Of a stretch of 64,000 nt of DNA, positions 60,107 to 64,000 are shown piece after piece (the first letter of the stretch is position 1; each line of letters opens with the position of its first letter). A model generated the notes under the pieces. That model was not told the origin of the DNA. It saw only the letters and a list, made by a program, of their open reading frames with translations, and made no database searches. The stretch is from Candidatus Latescibacterota bacterium. Lineage in GTDB: Bacteria > Latescibacterota > UBA2968 > GCA-2709665. The stretch is taken from assembly GCA_965208835.1 (NCBI GenBank), contig OZ242358.1, forward strand, positions 3,680,001 through 3,744,000. Direction: 5' to 3'. Both the position numbers and the translations under genes were made by a program.

Positions 60107-61333
60107 TTATCCCCTGTCGAACAACCCTTCTGTTGCAATCACTTCCAATGCCTCGCCCATCGCATGGACGGCGTCGTCAATATCCGCTTCGGTATGCGAG
60201 AGATTGGTATAGCAGACCGAATAGATGATGATCCCACGCTTAAACAGCTCCTCGTTGAACCTGAGAAACTGCCCGGCCGCGTTCGGATGATCGAATACCA
60301 GCTGTCCGACCGGATGGGCTCCCACGAAACGCGTCGGCAGGCCCAATCTCTCACTGAACTCATTGAAGCCTTCGTGAAGCTGTTCGCCGCGCTTCCACAG
60401 CGTTCCGATCACATCTTCGCGTTCGTACACGTCCAGAACGGCCCGAGCCGCGGCGAGACCCAGCGTATCCCCTCCAAACGTGGACGACACAACGCAATCC
60501 TTCACCGTCTCCATTACATCGGCTTTTCCCACGAAACATGATAGAGGCACGCCGTTCGACAGGCCCTTTGCAAACACCGCCAGGTCGGGAACCACCCCGA
60601 AATACTCCTGCGCACCCGCCCGCCTCAGCCGGAACCCGGTAACGATCTCATCGAAGATGAGGACGGCACCGTGTTGCTCCGTCAGCACACGCAATTTCCT
60701 CAGAAAGGAACGCCCCTGTTCGACTTCCGCATATGCGCAGGCCACGCTTACGGCCGCAATCTCACCCGCAGAAGCTTCGAAAACCTCTGCATACGGCCCA
60801 ATGTCGCCCCACGGCATCGCGATGTACGTCTTGCGCGTCGCCTCCGGCACTCCGCCCCGAGCCATCGTGTTGACCCAGCCGTGATACCCGCAGGTCAGGA
60901 TGAGCTCCCGTTCCGTAAACGCCCTCGCAAGCCGGTGCGCGGCCGCCATTGCCTCGCCGCCCGTCTTCAGGAATCGGACCCGTTCCGCGCAGGGCAACAC
61001 TTCGACCAGCCGCTGTGCGACCTCGATTTCCAACGGGTGGGGATAGCTGAATATGATACCGCTTTCGAGTTGCTTCCGGACGGCCTCATCCACCTCCGGA
61101 AACCGGTACCCCAGGGTGATGGGTCCCAGCCCGTTCCTGAAATCGATATATTCGTTACCATCGGCGTCCCACACCCGGCATCCATCGCCCCGAACCAGGT
61201 AGCAGGGCTCCACTCCTCGAAGCGCCTCTCTCGGGGCCTTGGAATGGGTCTGCGTGCCCAGGGGGATAACCTTCTGCGCCGCGTCATACAGCTCCCACGA
61301 GCGGGCGACCGATCGCTCAACCGCCGTTTCCAT
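60107..61333 (-). CDS. Class III PLP aminotransferase (GSA-aminomutase-like)
   Basis: GTQTHSK, DADGNEYID, KTGGEA, GYHGW, LIFDEIVTGFR, FAKGLSNG. Confidence 0.9.
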   Translation of the reverse strand: METAVERSVARSWELYDAAQKVIPLGTQTHSKAPREALRGVEPCYLVRGDGCRVWDADGNEYIDFRNGLGPITLGYRFPEVDEAVRKQLESGIIFSYPHPLEIEVAQRLVEVLPCAERVRFLKTGGEAMAAAHRLARAFTERELILTCGYHGWVNTMARGGVPEATRKTYIAMPWGDIGPYAEVFEASAGEIAAVSVACAYAEVEQGRSFLRKLRVLTEQHGAVLIFDEIVTGFRLRRAGAQEYFGVVPDLAVFAKGLSNGVPLSCFVGKADVMETVKDCVVSSTFGGDTLGLAAARAVLDVYEREDVIGTLWKRGEQLHEGFNEFSERLGLPTRFVGAHPVGQLVFDHPNAAGQFLRFNEELFKRGIIIYSVCYTNLSHTEADIDDAVHAMGEALEVIATEGLFDRG

Positions 61334-61413
61334 GATTTACCTCCGGAAGAAATTCATATCCAGGTCTCCAACCCAAGACAATTGAGTCCATCGTTACACC
61401 CGCACACGGTGGG

Positions 61414-63381
61414 TCAATACCCGTGGATCGAGTGCCCGCCGCCCGGAAACCAGATCATATCCACAATCAATGAAACTCCCACGCCCGTGGAATAGCCCAC
61501 GAGCACGCCCAAAAAGAACGGTACGTAACGACGATAGAGCGCCGCCCCGCCGATCCGCAGAATCAGGAATTTGATGGCCCAGGCAAGAAAGACCGAAAAC
61601 ACGGTATAACGCACCGACGTTCCCGTACCGGCCAGCGCAAAACCGACCGGATGGAAGGGCCACCAGGGAAACCGGTACTTCAGGAACGTCAGCAAAGACA
61701 TCACCGCGGCGCCGATGCCAAACAGGCTCAACTGCAAACGGTGGGGTGGTTCCGGGTTGTTCATCTGGGTCAGCACACGTCCAAAACCGGATTTGCTATA
61801 CCTCGTGAACGGCCAATCGTTGAAATTATAGGCCCCGTACGTATATCCCAGATACAACGTAAACACAACCGAGAATATACACCCCAGACCGAAGGCCAGC
61901 AGTAGAGCGGCCAGCACACGCCGCCGCCCGTCGCGGGGGCACGTGTCCGACAGTTTGGCCCCGTGAATGACCGACGGCATGAACAGGCCCTTGCCGTAGG
62001 ACGCGATGCCGTTCGTGAATCCGAGCGTCGTCAGACTGGCCCCTGACAGATTCCGCGATCCGAACAGGGACGTGACAAACCGCTGCGGCCCCACGGGCAT
62101 GCTGATGAAGACCAGACCCACGTCGGATACGATGCGCGAAACGCCCAGATAGAGGATGAACGCGGCCAGAACAAACACACACGCCAGGACAAGACTCATT
62201 CCGGCCTGCCACCACCAGAAAACGGCGAATAAAACGCACACGATCAGCCCGAATACCGCCGTCCGGAACGACATCATCTCATCTCTGTCATCCAGGGGCG
62301 CGTCCCTTCCGAGCGCCTTCATGAAGACCAGTCTCAAGTGGTTCCGCGACGTCCAGAAACCCCATCCCACCATCGCAAAAAAGGCACCCAGGGGCACCCA
62401 CTGAAAGTCGGCGGAGGCGTGGGACCACGAACTGGCGTTAATTCCCAGCCGGTTCAGAATCCCGCTGCGAATGATGAACAACAGATCAAAAAACCAGAGA
62501 CTGAACAACACGTCTATGTTTGCAAAATAGCAAAAGGAAATCGTGAACATATTGATCCGCGTCCACAGGCCAGGGAAATAACGTTCGAACTTGATCCAGG
62601 GACCCCATCGGATATTCGGAATCTGTGGAAATCCGGGAATGAAATAGTGGATCATGTTCCAGGCCAGAATACCGAACGCGACTGCAAATCCGATCCAGAA
62701 GAGCCGCGGAAAATCCGATGTCTCCGCCCGCTCGGTAAGTTCGGTAACGGGGCGCAATATAGGGAATGAAATGCGTTCGCTTTCCATCCACTGCTTTCGC
62801 AGAATTACCGCGAGGCAGACCGAACCGAAAAACAGGGCGGTAATCAGCCCCATCCAGCAAACCACCGGCACCAACCAGACGTCCCACGGAATGGTGTCAC
62901 CGGGCGGCAATCCTTCGAACAGGTGATTCAATGTGCCGCCCGTGTTTCTGGGGGCCAGCCAGTGCGGGATATTTGGATGGAAGTACTCTCCCCACTGATT
63001 CTCCGGCGTCGCGAAATAGAACGGCGCCGCGATCGCACCCAGGAAATAACCCGTCAGCCCCACGGACGGTATGGCCCCGCCCACAAGACCGCCCGCCAGC
63101 ACGACCAGCAGTTCCGTTGACGACAACGCATATCGACTCGCGAGCAACCGGCACAGCGGATTCAGTCCCAGCGCCAACAGGAGGTAGAGCAGCAGAGTGC
63201 CCATCGGAAAGTGACTCAACGTCATCCGCGACGCGTGGACGACGTATTCAACGTAGTTCACAACGACGTTCACCCCAACCGCCAGCGCTCCTGCCAGGAA
63301 AACGCTGCGCAGCGTCACCGCCTGCGTCTCGATGCCACCCTCGATGTCGGCCGATACCGCAACCGTTGAACCCTCTGCCAT
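61414..63381 (-). CDS. Polytopic membrane protein, DUF6785/DUF6784-like (putative transporter)
   Basis: ELL, P.YFATPEN.W, IPW..W..P, ILRKQW...ERISFP, RFPWWPFHPVGF, GG..LYRR..PFFLG; many TM segments. Confidence 0.75.
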   Translation of the reverse strand: MAEGSTVAVSADIEGGIETQAVTLRSVFLAGALAVGVNVVVNYVEYVVHASRMTLSHFPMGTLLLYLLLALGLNPLCRLLASRYALSSTELLVVLAGGLVGGAIPSVGLTGYFLGAIAAPFYFATPENQWGEYFHPNIPHWLAPRNTGGTLNHLFEGLPPGDTIPWDVWLVPVVCWMGLITALFFGSVCLAVILRKQWMESERISFPILRPVTELTERAETSDFPRLFWIGFAVAFGILAWNMIHYFIPGFPQIPNIRWGPWIKFERYFPGLWTRINMFTISFCYFANIDVLFSLWFFDLLFIIRSGILNRLGINASSWSHASADFQWVPLGAFFAMVGWGFWTSRNHLRLVFMKALGRDAPLDDRDEMMSFRTAVFGLIVCVLFAVFWWWQAGMSLVLACVFVLAAFILYLGVSRIVSDVGLVFISMPVGPQRFVTSLFGSRNLSGASLTTLGFTNGIASYGKGLFMPSVIHGAKLSDTCPRDGRRRVLAALLLAFGLGCIFSVVFTLYLGYTYGAYNFNDWPFTRYSKSGFGRVLTQMNNPEPPHRLQLSLFGIGAAVMSLLTFLKYRFPWWPFHPVGFALAGTGTSVRYTVFSVFLAWAIKFLILRIGGAALYRRYVPFFLGVLVGYSTGVGVSLIVDMIWFPGGGHSIHGY

Positions 63382-63548
63382 ATTGCCTTTCCTTACATCC
63401 TGTGAATCCCACAAACAGCCGCCAGTACTCACCTGCATACCGCAATATACAAAACGAAAGCATTAAACACAAAAGCACGGGCCCCAACTATCAAGCCCGG
63501 CATTGCCGTCCAATAGCGCATCATCTCCACTTTCCGACTACAACCCGA

Positions 63549-64000
63549 CTAAACGCCTGCCGCCCACGTGTTTCCACCCGCCCGCACCCTTCCCGCACGC
63601 CTGAGGTATTCCGCGCAGTGCGCACCGCCCGCGATGCCCCCGACCACCTCCAGTTCGTGCCCCATCTCGAGCAATCCATCCCGGATGGCCTTTTCAAGCG
63701 TTCTCGTAACCATCACGGGCTCCTCCATCTGGACGTGCATCCGCGGACCGGACACGGCCTCGTAAGCAGACGCACCGAAATCCACGATTTTCTGCGCGAT
63801 TCGGGCGTTCACGCTCACGAGCCGCCTTCCCCCCGGCAGCCCCGCCGCAACGTCCCGGTCCGGCAGGCGAATCATCAGCGGCGCCGTATTGTTCAGGGGC
63901 CGTTTCAGGGGCGCCACCGAATTTCTGCGGCCGGGCCGCGGATCCAGGCGGCACATTCCGTGCCCCAGGATCAGACCGGTGCCGGGCACGGTAACCAGAG
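63549..64000 (-). CDS. ggt: Gamma-glutamyltransferase family protein, C-terminal part (window edge)
   Basis: VTVPGTGLIL..GM..LDPRPG..NSVAP.KRPL.N.AP, GLPGG, A..GPR.H. Confidence 0.75.
   Translation of the reverse strand, partial: LVTVPGTGLILGHGMCRLDPRPGRRNSVAPLKRPLNNTAPLMIRLPDRDVAAGLPGGRRLVSVNARIAQKIVDFGASAYEAVSGPRMHVQMEEPVMVTRTLEKAIRDGLLEMGHELEVVGGIAGGAHCAEYLRRAGRVRAGGNTWAAGV

Overview
GC-rich bacterial window, densely coding, with about 50 genes. I found no rRNA, tRNA, CRISPR array or intact transposase. The gene content (five PhyH-like Fe/2OG enzymes, three heparinase II/III-like lyases, two sulfatases, GWxTD/TPR, NHL, dockerin-like EF-hand, DUF6785-type membrane protein, BlaI/M56-TonB) resembles Latescibacterota/Poribacteria-type sponge or marine heterotrophs; this is an inference. 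Main blocks: (1) a partner-switching cluster (STAS, REC-PP2C, anti-sigma kinase) coupled to a periplasmic binding protein and a TorS-like histidine kinase, flanked by two lipoproteins that share an N-terminal module; (2) a CP-ATP-grasp/Amt/alpha-E/transglutaminase operon; (3) a TPP riboswitch and thiC with a MITE in the leader; (4) an aminotransferase/dehydrogenase/3x PhyH/O-methyltransferase/RraA operon; (5) catabolic lyase, hydrolase and oxidoreductase genes. Strongest leads: four of the five PhyH-like enzymes have H-x-A/G instead of H-x-D, the Fe/2OG halogenase signature; a TA-flanked MITE family; and an unexplained ~101-120 bp non-coding element present twice. All family calls come from motif recognition by eye, with no database search.
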